Positions 19,185 to 28,437 of a stretch of DNA of 64,000 nt are shown piece after piece; position 1 is the first letter of the stretch; every line of letters starts with the position of its first letter. The stretch spans positions 160,001-224,000 of the forward strand of contig JBPCLP010000045.1 of the NCBI GenBank assembly GCA_051003195.1, written 5' to 3'. A program made the translations under genes and the position numbers. The notes beneath the pieces are model-generated. The model did no database searches. It was given only the letters and a program-made list of their open reading frames with translations, and was not told the origin of the DNA. The stretch comes from Candidatus Sumerlaeaceae bacterium. GTDB lineage: Bacteria; Sumerlaeota; Sumerlaeia; Sumerlaeales; Sumerlaeaceae.

Positions 19185-22100
19185 GAGTTTGCTCCTTGAG
19201 TGGATGTCGTAAGCGAAGAGTTCGATGCGGCGGGCGAGTCGTGCTGCGCGGATGCACCGGTTGCGCTGTGGAGTTTCCTCCACCTGCGAGCGCGTACGTG
19301 GTAAAAAAGGACGGGCAGGAAGACGTCGATGACTTCATCGGCGATCAGCAGCCCGCCGAGGACGGGAGCGGCCATAGGCTTGATGATTTCCGAGCCGACG
19401 CCGTCCGCCCACAGCAACGGCACCAGGCCTATGATCGCCGTGCCCTCTGTCAGCAGCTTAGGCCTAAGCCGGTGTACGGCTCCGCTGACGACGGTGCGCC
19501 CGAGCTCTTCCAGAGACTTGATGCCCTCCAGGCCGCCACGTTCGGCAATGGCGTTGCGCAGGTATACCAGCATCACAATGCCGGTTTCAGTGGCCATCCC
19601 GAAGCACGCGATGTATCCTACCCACACGGCCACGCTGAAATTGTAGCCGAAGAGCGTCTGAAACAGCACTCCACCGGCAAGCGCTCCGGGAACCGCCATC
19701 ATCATGAGGAGCGCGTCGGCCAGATCATGATAGGTAAGGTACAGGATGAGGAAGATGAGGGTGATGACTGCCGGAAAAACGAGGGAGAGCGTTTTACGGG
19801 CACGGACCTGGTGCTCGAACTGCCCGCTCCACTCCAGGTAGGACTTTGCAGGCAGCTGCACTTTTTCGGCTACTGTTCGCTGGGCTTCTTCGACAAATCC
19901 AACCATGTCACGGTCGCGCACATTGAGCTGGACGTAGCTGCGGAGCAGGCCGTTCTCGCTCTTTATCATCACTGGGCCTTCCACCACTCTAATGTCTGCT
20001 ACGTCACCGAGAAGCACCTGGGTCGGATTTGCATCGGAGGGTTCAGCTGTGGCTGTCGAGGCCATGCCTGCTTCGCCGCGGGCGGAACCCGCAGGCATGG
20101 AGCTGGCACTATTCGTCGCCACCAGGACCCGCCGGATTGATTCCTCGTCCTCACGAAAATCGCGCGCGTAGCGAACGCGGACAGGGTAGCGCTCGCGGCC
20201 CTCAACAGTGGTCGTAATTGTTTTTCCGCCAAGCGCCACCTCGATCACATCCTGGATGTCCGCAACACTCACAGCATAACGTGCAGCGCGGTCCCGATCG
20301 ATTTTAATATCGATGTAGCCCTTGCCGATGCTTTGATCAGCCACCACGTCTACTGCGCCGCGAACGCCGCGCACGGCTTCGGCCACCTGGTTGGAAACCT
20401 TCTGGATAGTCTCGGAATCTGGACCGTACACCTTGATGCCGACCTGGGTGCGCACGCCGGTTGCGAGCATGTCGATGCGGTTGATGATTGGCTGCGTCCA
20501 GATGTTCACCCAGCCAAGGGTGCGTACACGGCTGTCGAGTTCCTTCAGCAGATCTTCGCGGGTGCCCTGCCACAGGAACACGGTCTTCTTGAACTCGCCT
20601 TCCCGCTCTGAGGCGACCTGTTCAGCAGCGTTCGCCAGCTTTGACGTATCGAACGATGGTGACAGCAGCCCCTGGCTCTTTGCTCCCGTGCTCAGTTCCT
20701 GCGCGGCCTCTCGAACGTAGAAAGGCACACCGATGTCGAACAGCTCCCAATTGATCTTTTTCAGTTGCTGCATCCATTCATCATGCTGGTAGGCAGCCAC
20801 GGCCTCGCGAGCACGCTGGAACTGGTCGCCTTCGGAGCGGCCGATCAGAGAGTTGAACTGCCTCTTAAGAGAAGACCAGGAGACGCCGCTGCTGTCCTTC
20901 AGGGCATCTGATGTGGACTCGATCAGACCTTTACCGGCAAGCTCATCCAGGATTTCACGCCCCGTCTGCTCAACATCGAACAACAGGGGCGCAGTTCGGA
21001 ATTCTGCGGCATGGCGCTGCGTTGCACTGGCAATGGCGAGTTGTTTTTCAGCGTCGGTGGGGGTGCGCTTCCAGCCGTTAATCTCATCGATGTGTCTGTA
21101 CAGCAGGTGTCCTAATTCCGTGATGGACGATAAGCCGAGCCTTTCTTCAAGTGCAACGCGGCGTTTCATCGATTCGTGGCGCATCCGCGCATCAAACGCG
21201 CTGTAACTGTCCATGGCCCCTTTGGCCAGGTTCTCCTTCTGGTCGGCGGTGGAGGTGGTTGAAAGCACACCGGCTGACGCCAGGCCACTGACAATTCGAC
21301 GGTTCTCCGCGAGCGCGTCTTCGTAGCGCAGGTGGCGCTTTGGCCACAGTTCCTTCGGCTGAAGGTTGACTATGCTTTCCACCATGTCCAGCGGTGACGG
21401 ATCTGTGGGCGTGTCAGCGCGACCGCCCTTACCCACCACGTTTTCAACTTCGGGGAATTCGCGCAGGATCGCATCCCGCTGCTTCAGGTCGTCAGAAAGT
21501 TGCGTAACTGACATCCTCGGGACTGAAATCGGCATATCGACGATGGTGCCTTCGTTCAGCACCGGCATGAACTCGCGTCCGGAGTGCCGGAAGAAGTAAA
21601 AGCCGAGTGCCAGCAGGCAGGCGAACATCCACATGACGGTCTTGGGCCGGTGGAGCAGCCACAGCAGCACAGGTCGGTACACCTCGATGAAAGAGCGCAC
21701 GATCCAGTTGTCTTCCTCGCGCTTCAGGCGGCCGCGGATAAGAATAGGAATGAGCGCCGGTACCAGCGTGATGGCGAGAATGGCAGTGCCGATCATAGCG
21801 AAAGTCTTAGTGTAGGCCAGGGGGTGGAACATACGACCTTCCATTCCGGATAAGGCAAACACCGGCAGGAAGGAGACGAGCATGATCAGCACGGCGAAGA
21901 AAATGGGGCGTCCCACCTGCCGGCACGGCTCCACGAGAAGTTCAGTCGTATCGCCGGTTACCTTGCGGTCACCAAAGTGCTTAGTCAGGTGGTGCGTGGC
22001 ATTTTCCAGCATGACGATGGCCGGGTCCACTAGGATTCCAATGGAGATCACGATCCCTGCAAGAGACATAATGTTCGAGGCGATGCCGAATTTCCACATC

Positions 22101-23227
22101 AGGATGAAAGCGATGAGGACCGCGAGCGGCAACGTGATCGAGACGACCAGTGTACTGCGCAGGTGGCCCAGGATGAGAAGGATGGCTACTGTGGCGATCA
22201 GGATGGCTTCAATCATCGTTCGCGTAACAGTATGGATGGCGCCTTCGATGAGACGGGTGCGGTCGTAGAATGGCACGATCTTTACACCCTCAGGCAAACC
22301 CTTCTGGAGTTCTCGGATCTTCGCATGAATTCGCTGCGTCACTTCGAGCGGATTTTCGCCGTAGCGCATCATGACGACGGCGCCGACGGATTCCGAGCCA
22401 TTCTTCTCCAGTACGCTACGGCGGAACCCGGGGCCGATCGTCACATGGGCGACATCGCCAATGGTAACCGGCACCCCCTTGCGGGACTCCAGCACGGTCT
22501 TGGAAATGTCTTCAGGCGATTCGATCCAGCCGGCGCCGCGAACCAGGTACTCGGCCTTGTTCTTCTGCACGACGCGGCCGCCCACGGCAGAGTTGCTGCG
22601 GGAGACTGCATCTACGATCTGACCCAAGGTAACATTGTAGGCACGCAGTTTTTCAGGATCGATGTCGACCTGGTACTCCTTGGGGAAACCACCAGCGGTG
22701 GACACCTGCGCCACGCCTGGCACGGAGTTGATCTGGTAACGCACAAACCAGTCCTGCAGGCTGCGAAGCCGGTCGGCGCTGTACCCTTTTCCCTCCACCG
22801 TGTACCAGAATATCTGACCGAGAGCGGTCGCATCGGGAGCGAGATAGGGTGTCACGCCTTGCGGCAGAAAGGTAGAGGCGAGCGTGAGGCGTTCGAGAAC
22901 ACGGGTGCGGGCGAAATAGAAATCCGTGTTATCTTCGAAGATGATGTTGATCATCGAGAAGTTAAACTCAGACGAGGAGCGGACGGTCTTTACGCCCGCG
23001 AGGCCCTGCAGGTTTACAGAAAGCGGATACGTGATCTGGTCTTCAATTTCCTTCGGGCTGCGGCCCATCCAGTCAGTGAAGACGATCACCTGGTTTTCTG
23101 ATAAGTCCGGAATCGCGTCTACAGGCGTCTTATGCAGCGCGTACAACCCGACGAGGGCCGTCGCGAGTGCGGCGAAGATGACAAGGAACCGATTTCGGAT
23201 GGAGAATTCTATAATTCTCTCTATCAT
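19181..23227 (-). CDS. cusA: CusA/SilA heavy-metal RND efflux permease with a large insertion
   Basis: VDAIPDLSENQVIVFT; the three Cus-type Met sites (IVDMP, PLDMVES, RIDML); RLRPKLLT. Confidence 0.94.
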   Translation of the reverse strand: MIERIIEFSIRNRFLVIFAALATALVGLYALHKTPVDAIPDLSENQVIVFTDWMGRSPKEIEDQITYPLSVNLQGLAGVKTVRSSSEFNFSMINIIFEDNTDFYFARTRVLERLTLASTFLPQGVTPYLAPDATALGQIFWYTVEGKGYSADRLRSLQDWFVRYQINSVPGVAQVSTAGGFPKEYQVDIDPEKLRAYNVTLGQIVDAVSRSNSAVGGRVVQKNKAEYLVRGAGWIESPEDISKTVLESRKGVPVTIGDVAHVTIGPGFRRSVLEKNGSESVGAVVMMRYGENPLEVTQRIHAKIRELQKGLPEGVKIVPFYDRTRLIEGAIHTVTRTMIEAILIATVAILLILGHLRSTLVVSITLPLAVLIAFILMWKFGIASNIMSLAGIVISIGILVDPAIVMLENATHHLTKHFGDRKVTGDTTELLVEPCRQVGRPIFFAVLIMLVSFLPVFALSGMEGRMFHPLAYTKTFAMIGTAILAITLVPALIPILIRGRLKREEDNWIVRSFIEVYRPVLLWLLHRPKTVMWMFACLLALGFYFFRHSGREFMPVLNEGTIVDMPISVPRMSVTQLSDDLKQRDAILREFPEVENVVGKGGRADTPTDPSPLDMVESIVNLQPKELWPKRHLRYEDALAENRRIVSGLASAGVLSTTSTADQKENLAKGAMDSYSAFDARMRHESMKRRVALEERLGLSSITELGHLLYRHIDEINGWKRTPTDAEKQLAIASATQRHAAEFRTAPLLFDVEQTGREILDELAGKGLIESTSDALKDSSGVSWSSLKRQFNSLIGRSEGDQFQRAREAVAAYQHDEWMQQLKKINWELFDIGVPFYVREAAQELSTGAKSQGLLSPSFDTSKLANAAEQVASEREGEFKKTVFLWQGTREDLLKELDSRVRTLGWVNIWTQPIINRIDMLATGVRTQVGIKVYGPDSETIQKVSNQVAEAVRGVRGAVDVVADQSIGKGYIDIKIDRDRAARYAVSVADIQDVIEVALGGKTITTTVEGRERYPVRVRYARDFREDEESIRRVLVATNSASSMPAGSARGEAGMASTATAEPSDANPTQVLLGDVADIRVVEGPVMIKSENGLLRSYVQLNVRDRDMVGFVEEAQRTVAEKVQLPAKSYLEWSGQFEHQVRARKTLSLVFPAVITLIFLILYLTYHDLADALLMMMAVPGALAGGVLFQTLFGYNFSVAVWVGYIACFGMATETGIVMLVYLRNAIAERGGLEGIKSLEELGRTVVSGAVHRLRPKLLTEGTAIIGLVPLLWADGVGSEIIKPMAAPVLGGLLIADEVIDVFLPVLFYHVRARRWRKLHSATGASAQHDSPAASNSSLTTSTQGANS

Positions 23228-23333
23228 CGGATGAATCTCCGTTGGTGCTGCTACAGGTGGGGGTTCATGCGCGTGGGCGCACGGTATCGGAACAGCACTG
23301 CCGCGCGAAGGGCGCGGGCCTGCTAACCGGAGT

Positions 23334-23723
23334 TCAGATTCTGAAAACCCCGAGTAGGGCTGCCGACGGTGGTGAGGCGGAAGCCAGCCAATCGTCTGCG
23401 ATGGGGCCGTTGACGTGCTGCCGGACTGCCGACACGGTTACCAGTGTTTCCAGTGGCGCGATGAATACCGGCACCTCCGGTGCATCGGGAATTGACGCCT
23501 TACCTAGCAGAGGGCCAGTCTTGAAACAGCACTGCTCCTCCGGCATGCTCCTGGGGGTTTGAAACGGGAGCTTCTTAGCGGCGCAGCAAGTCGGTGTACC
23601 GCCAGCTCGTGCCTGGTGCTGAGAAATTAAGGTGCAGGCGAGTGAGGAAGCGGACTGGACGAGCACAGCGCAAATTAGAATGCATACGCTGAGTTCCTGG
23701 GGTATTTGTCTTAGCGCCGTCAT
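23334..23723 (-). CDS. Cys-containing hypothetical leader protein of the metal efflux operon (DUF2946-like)
   Basis: Hydrophobic N-terminus, two CC pairs, Pro-rich C-terminus ending LLGVFRI; directly upstream of cusA. Confidence 0.6.
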   Translation of the reverse strand: MTALRQIPQELSVCILICAVLVQSASSLACTLISQHQARAGGTPTCCAAKKLPFQTPRSMPEEQCCFKTGPLLGKASIPDAPEVPVFIAPLETLVTVSAVRQHVNGPIADDWLASASPPSAALLGVFRI

Positions 23724-24501
23724 GTGGCTACCGCCAGCACAACATACCGGTTTGGAGCTGCCGGATTCCCGACAATGAAAAAAACAGAGGCCATTGCGTT
23801 ACAGGCGCTTGTAAATCATTGGCAATCGTGGCCACACGGCCTGCATTGTTTCAGCGAATTGAACCCTCTGCACTTTATGGGAAACTTGGTGACGGAAACT
23901 TGGTAACAGGTTATGAATTGATTTTTGAGAAGCGTGAGTTTCGCAGTGCGTGCAGGGAGTCAGCACCCGGTCAGTTTCTTTTCATGGCCGCCGACTCGAC
24001 CCCGCCACGCGGACTGTTACCCATGTCCGTGGACGATCTGTAACCTATGTCTCCGGGTCGTACAGCCCCTTACTTTAGGTGCCACAAGGGTCTCTAAGAG
24101 GTACTGTGGGAATACCATTGTCCAAAAGCCTGTGCTACACAGGTCCTCATGATGATAAAACAAACGCAATTCCCCGACCCCGAAACCAGCGCGAGCAGGG
24201 ATGCCGCAATCGCCGCAGACCCTCGTGGCGCAGGCGTCTCGCCTGCGGTTGACGGGTTCCAGCAGATAACCGAAGGCAACAGCCATGAAGGTTTCCCGGA
24301 GGCTGTTGGTGCTGATGAAACTGAAGCGGCGGAGTTGGGCCAACAGAGTAAAACCTTACAGAAACATTACCGCTATTCAAGTGGCGAAATTACCAACTTG
24401 AACTTGAAAGCACAAAGGAGACATTTTGATGACCCTGGCAACGCAACCCCCCGTGCCTTACCGCCGTCCATGCCGCCGACGATTCCGAGTCCGGCTTGTA
24501 C

Positions 24502-24536
24502 TCCGCAATCCGCAATCCGCAATCCGCAATCCGCAC
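24502..24536. repeat. Heptamer tandem repeat (TCCGCAA), five units
   Basis: Four perfect units plus TCCGCAC. Confidence 0.9.
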
Positions 24537-24677
24537 TCGCCTCACACGCCTCCGACGAAAAAACAAAAGAGGAACTGGAGGCCACATGATCCGAACATTA
24601 CGGAAATCAAAGGGCGAAATACCCCCCGTCGGGCTGTTTTGATTTAAATCCAGAAATGCCAATGAGGTACGCCAATG

Positions 24678-24714
24678 TTTGATTAGTTTTGATTAGCTTT
24701 GATTAGCTTTGATT
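24678..24714. repeat. Decamer tandem repeat (TTTGATTAGY), three full units plus a partial one
   Basis: TTTGATTAGT TTTGATTAGC TTTGATTAGC TTTGATT. Confidence 0.88.
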
Positions 24715-24937
24715 GAGGCTCGGCGCTGGTTTTTGAAGTGTGTGCCGCTTGCCGCCACTTTGGGGAGCGCAAGGCTCGAGTCATTGCCCGGGGGCTTCCA
24801 GGACTGATTGAGTCTTCTTCTCGCAGCAGGCTGGAAGCCTGCTCTACCGCGCAAGATGCGCGATATATGTATTTCATGGCGTCGCGCATCAGATTTGGGT
24901 CTGGACTCGCGATGCATTTAAGGCTGGAAACATCCTC

Positions 24938-25747
24938 ATGATTGAATCGAAGCGAATGCTATTGGACGAAGACCTCGTTGAGCTGCGCTCGGCGTACGAG
25001 GTGCTGGAGAACCCGGGCTTTGCGGTGAGGCTGCAGGGGATGCTGGGCGCGCCACTGGAACAGGGCATGAAGTACCTGCCGGCGAATTGGAGGGGCGGTA
25101 TTCAAAAGGCCACTGAGGGAGCGTTGCGTCGGGCGCTGGATGTTGCGACGTCGAGTTTTTCGGACCGGAAGGAATCCGGCGCGGCGAGTAATGCGCTGCA
25201 CAAGCTGCTGGCCGCGGGCAGTGGAGCGGTGGGCGGAGCTTTTGGTTTGCCGGCGCTCGCTGTCGAACTGCCGGTTTCGACGGTCATCATGTTGCGATCG
25301 ATTGCGGACGTAGCTCGCAGCCAGGGTGAGGATATACGTAGTCTCGAAGCAAAGCTGGCCTGCCTGGAGGTTTTTGCACTGGGCGGAAAGGAACCCGGCG
25401 ACGACAGCACCGAGGCCGGCTATTATGCGGTGCGTGCTGTGTTGACTCAGCAACTGGGCGAGGTGGCGCGCTACGTTGCGAAAGCCGGCATCGCCGATAG
25501 CAGCGCGCCCGTGCTGATGCGGTTTATTGGGTCCATTGCGTCGCGGTTCGGCATTGTTGTGAGCGAAAAAGCGATGGCGACGGCGGTTCCCCTGATCGGC
25601 GCGGCCGGTGGGGCAATTATTAATGCCCTGTTCATCGATCATTTCCAGGGAGTCGCGCGGGCGCACTTCACCGTGCGACGTCTCGAACGCATTTATGGCG
25701 CAGGGCTGGTTCAGAGCGAGTACCAGAAGATTGCGGATGGACATTAG
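24938..25747 (+). CDS. EcsC family protein
   Basis: GAVGGAFGLPALAVELPVSTVIMLRSIADVARSQGED, ACLEVFALGG, HFTVRRLERIYG. Confidence 0.85.
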   Translation: MIESKRMLLDEDLVELRSAYEVLENPGFAVRLQGMLGAPLEQGMKYLPANWRGGIQKATEGALRRALDVATSSFSDRKESGAASNALHKLLAAGSGAVGGAFGLPALAVELPVSTVIMLRSIADVARSQGEDIRSLEAKLACLEVFALGGKEPGDDSTEAGYYAVRAVLTQQLGEVARYVAKAGIADSSAPVLMRFIGSIASRFGIVVSEKAMATAVPLIGAAGGAIINALFIDHFQGVARAHFTVRRLERIYGAGLVQSEYQKIADGH

Positions 25748-25872
25748 CGGACATCGGAGGCAACCGACATTCGGCAGGAAATATAATCCATTCTGGTCGT
25801 ATTGTTAAATACGGGAAGCATCTGGCCAGACACCTGGATCGATGACCGTTGCGGAAAGGGAGTAACAGATTG

Positions 25873-28413
25873 ATGTTTCAATGGTACCCCGCACGGTACG
25901 GGCCTGTTAACCGGCTCCCCGAATTCCTGCTGGTTGTGCTGGTTGGGGTGCTTGGCGCACTGGCACCGCCGCCGGCAGCGGCGCAGCCGTTCTCGCTGAT
26001 CTGTATGCCCGACCCCCAGTACTACACAAACTCGAACCACGCGTCGCTGTACGATCTTTATAGCAGGCAGACACGCTGGATCCGCGATAATAAAACTGCC
26101 TACAACATCAAGCACGTGATCTGGCTTGGCGACCTGACAAATGATAATACGCTGACGCAGTGGAACACCGCAAACGCCGCATACAACATTCTCGACACGA
26201 ACAACATCCCCTACGCGGTCGTGCCGGGTAACCATGATTACAAGACTACGCAGACAAACGAATGGGTGGGCGCGAACCTCCGCGACCTCACGCGCTACAA
26301 CGATGTCGTCGGCCCATCGCGCTTCGTCGGCAAATCGTGGTATGGCGGCAATATGGGTAACACCACGAATCGCAACGAGAACAACTACACGTTCTTCTCT
26401 GCCAGCGGACTCAACTTCCTGGTTATCGGCCTGGAGTACGCGCCGCGTAAGGAAGTGCTGACCTGGGCGAATAACCTGATCAGCCAGTATCCCACTCACC
26501 GCGTCATCATTTTTACCCACATGTACATGACCACCAACGGCAACTACGCCGGCGGCGCGGGGTCAGCGACGGGTACAGTGGGCGCGGAAGGGGCAGATCT
26601 CTTCGATGAGTGCGCGAGCCGGCACAGCAATGTGTTCATGGTGGTTTGCGGGCACGTGACGGAATCAAAGGTGAACACCAAGATGGGTGTTGGGGGCAAC
26701 ACGATATACGAGATGCTGGTCGATTACCAGGGGGAGCAGGTGCAGGGGACCGGCGACAACCTCGGCAACGGCTGGCTGCGGATCATGCAGTTTGACCCAT
26801 CCACGAATAAGATCAATGGAAGCACCATTACCGCCGCACCTGGAGATACGGCGATCTTCACCGGCGGCGTGAGCCAGTTCTATAACGGGCCATACTCCAC
26901 CAGCCCGACGGCGGCCGATCACCTGTTCTCTTTGAACTATAACATGACCGCCGCGGCACAGCCGTATACGTACCTGAACTCCAGTGTCGAGTTTCACGAC
27001 ATGCACGTCAGCGATGCGATCACGGCCGACCAGCTGGATCCCGATATTGCCCAGGCGGACGACGGCAGGTGGGTAGCAGCGTGGGAAGAGGACAGCGACG
27101 AAAACGGAATTTATAATATCGTGGTGCGCGGCTTCGATGCGGACGGCAACGCACGCTTTGCGAGTTCGGTCGTGAACACGGCGGGTGTAAACACTACCAA
27201 CGCCACGAACCCAGCCATCGCGATGGCGGCAGACGGAACATTCGCAGTGACATGGCGGAGCGGAACCACGGCGATTAAGACGCGTGCGTATAGCGCAACA
27301 GGAACCCCGATTGGCGTCGGCGAACAATCGGTTATATCCGTTACGGCGCCGGGTATTGTCAGGAATCCGGATGTGGCGATGGACGACGCCGGAAACTTCG
27401 TTGTCGCGTGGTCCGACGACGCCGACGGCAACGGTTCATTCCAGGTTCGCGCGCGGGGCTTTACGTCAAGCTACGTGCAGCGATTTGCCGCGAAGACAAT
27501 TAACACCATTGCCGCAGGGCAGCAGCAGAACCCGGTAATCGGCATGGCCGCAAACGGAGACTACGTGATTGCCTGGGACGATGACCAGGAGAGTGACGGC
27601 GAGTGGGACCTGGCCGCGCGTGGCTATCTTGCAAACGAGAGTCAGCGATTTACGCAGATTGTGGGCAACACCACCACCACGGGACAACAGCTCGACGTGG
27701 ATATTGCGATGGATGACACCGGCCGATTCGTTGTGGTGTGGGAGGACGATTCCGACCTGAACAACTCGTACCAGATCCGCGCAAAAGGCTTTACCGCGAC
27801 GGGTAACCAGCTTATTTCCGAACGCACGGTGAACCTGATCTCGACGGGTAACCAGCTGAACCCGGTTGTCGCAATGGATAGTGCCGGCAACTGGTACCCT
27901 GCATGGCAGGACGATGGCGCGGTTTCGGGCGGAGAAGGTTATCAGATGATGTCGAACAAGTTCGACATCTCCGGGACACGCATCAATGCGGCGGACGTGC
28001 GAGTGAACTCTGTGATAGCGGTCACACACCAGTTCGGGCCTCCGGCTCGCTACAATCCAGTCGTCAGCGCTCACAAAAGCGGACGCTATATCGTGGCGTG
28101 GGCTGATGACATGGACGGAAATGGATCGTACCAGGTGCTTGCGCGCGCTGTGGGCGGCACCGCAAAAAGCCTGGTGGTCAAGGCGATCAACGGCAGCGTC
28201 GCGAAGTCTCCCGCTGAGCCATTCTACGCTCCCAATGCTACGGTGACGCTCTCGGCGTCTGGTAATTCAGGCTATGCTTTTAGCGGATGGTCGGGTGATG
28301 TGCCGGCAGGTAATCAACTGGTGAACCCGCTGACCATCACCATGAACACCGACAAAAGCCTGACCGCCCAATTTACCGCGTCGACTCGCGTAAGTGACTG
28401 GCCGCTGTATTAG
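25873..28413 (+). CDS. Secreted calcineurin-like metallophosphoesterase with beta-propeller-like repeats and a C-terminal bacterial repeat (InlB-B-like) domain
   Basis: PDPQYY, LGDLT, PGNHDY, FTH, CGH; about six VAMDxxGxFVVxW repeats; GYAFSGWSGD..NPLTITMN; tail RVSDWPLY. Confidence 0.82.
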   Translation: MFQWYPARYGPVNRLPEFLLVVLVGVLGALAPPPAAAQPFSLICMPDPQYYTNSNHASLYDLYSRQTRWIRDNKTAYNIKHVIWLGDLTNDNTLTQWNTANAAYNILDTNNIPYAVVPGNHDYKTTQTNEWVGANLRDLTRYNDVVGPSRFVGKSWYGGNMGNTTNRNENNYTFFSASGLNFLVIGLEYAPRKEVLTWANNLISQYPTHRVIIFTHMYMTTNGNYAGGAGSATGTVGAEGADLFDECASRHSNVFMVVCGHVTESKVNTKMGVGGNTIYEMLVDYQGEQVQGTGDNLGNGWLRIMQFDPSTNKINGSTITAAPGDTAIFTGGVSQFYNGPYSTSPTAADHLFSLNYNMTAAAQPYTYLNSSVEFHDMHVSDAITADQLDPDIAQADDGRWVAAWEEDSDENGIYNIVVRGFDADGNARFASSVVNTAGVNTTNATNPAIAMAADGTFAVTWRSGTTAIKTRAYSATGTPIGVGEQSVISVTAPGIVRNPDVAMDDAGNFVVAWSDDADGNGSFQVRARGFTSSYVQRFAAKTINTIAAGQQQNPVIGMAANGDYVIAWDDDQESDGEWDLAARGYLANESQRFTQIVGNTTTTGQQLDVDIAMDDTGRFVVVWEDDSDLNNSYQIRAKGFTATGNQLISERTVNLISTGNQLNPVVAMDSAGNWYPAWQDDGAVSGGEGYQMMSNKFDISGTRINAADVRVNSVIAVTHQFGPPARYNPVVSAHKSGRYIVAWADDMDGNGSYQVLARAVGGTAKSLVVKAINGSVAKSPAEPFYAPNATVTLSASGNSGYAFSGWSGDVPAGNQLVNPLTITMNTDKSLTAQFTASTRVSDWPLY

Positions 28414-28437
28414 ACTATCTGACGCCTGATCGTCGAA

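Larger units (their letters stand above)
24225..24847. repeat. Inverted pair of REP-like palindromes
   Basis: GTGGCGCAGGCGTCTCGCCTGC (24225-24246, +) and GTAGAGCAGGCTTCCAGCCTGC (24826-24847, -). Confidence 0.6.

Noticed and set aside
24149..24589. 146-aa ORF and overlapping small ORFs
   Set aside because: Low-complexity translation of REP and heptamer repeats (PQSAIRNPQS); no recognisable motif.
24502..24714. Short tandem arrays as a CRISPR array
   Set aside because: Units are 7-10 bp with no unique spacers.
24959..25744. 261-aa minus-strand ORF
   Set aside because: Antisense shadow of the EcsC gene.
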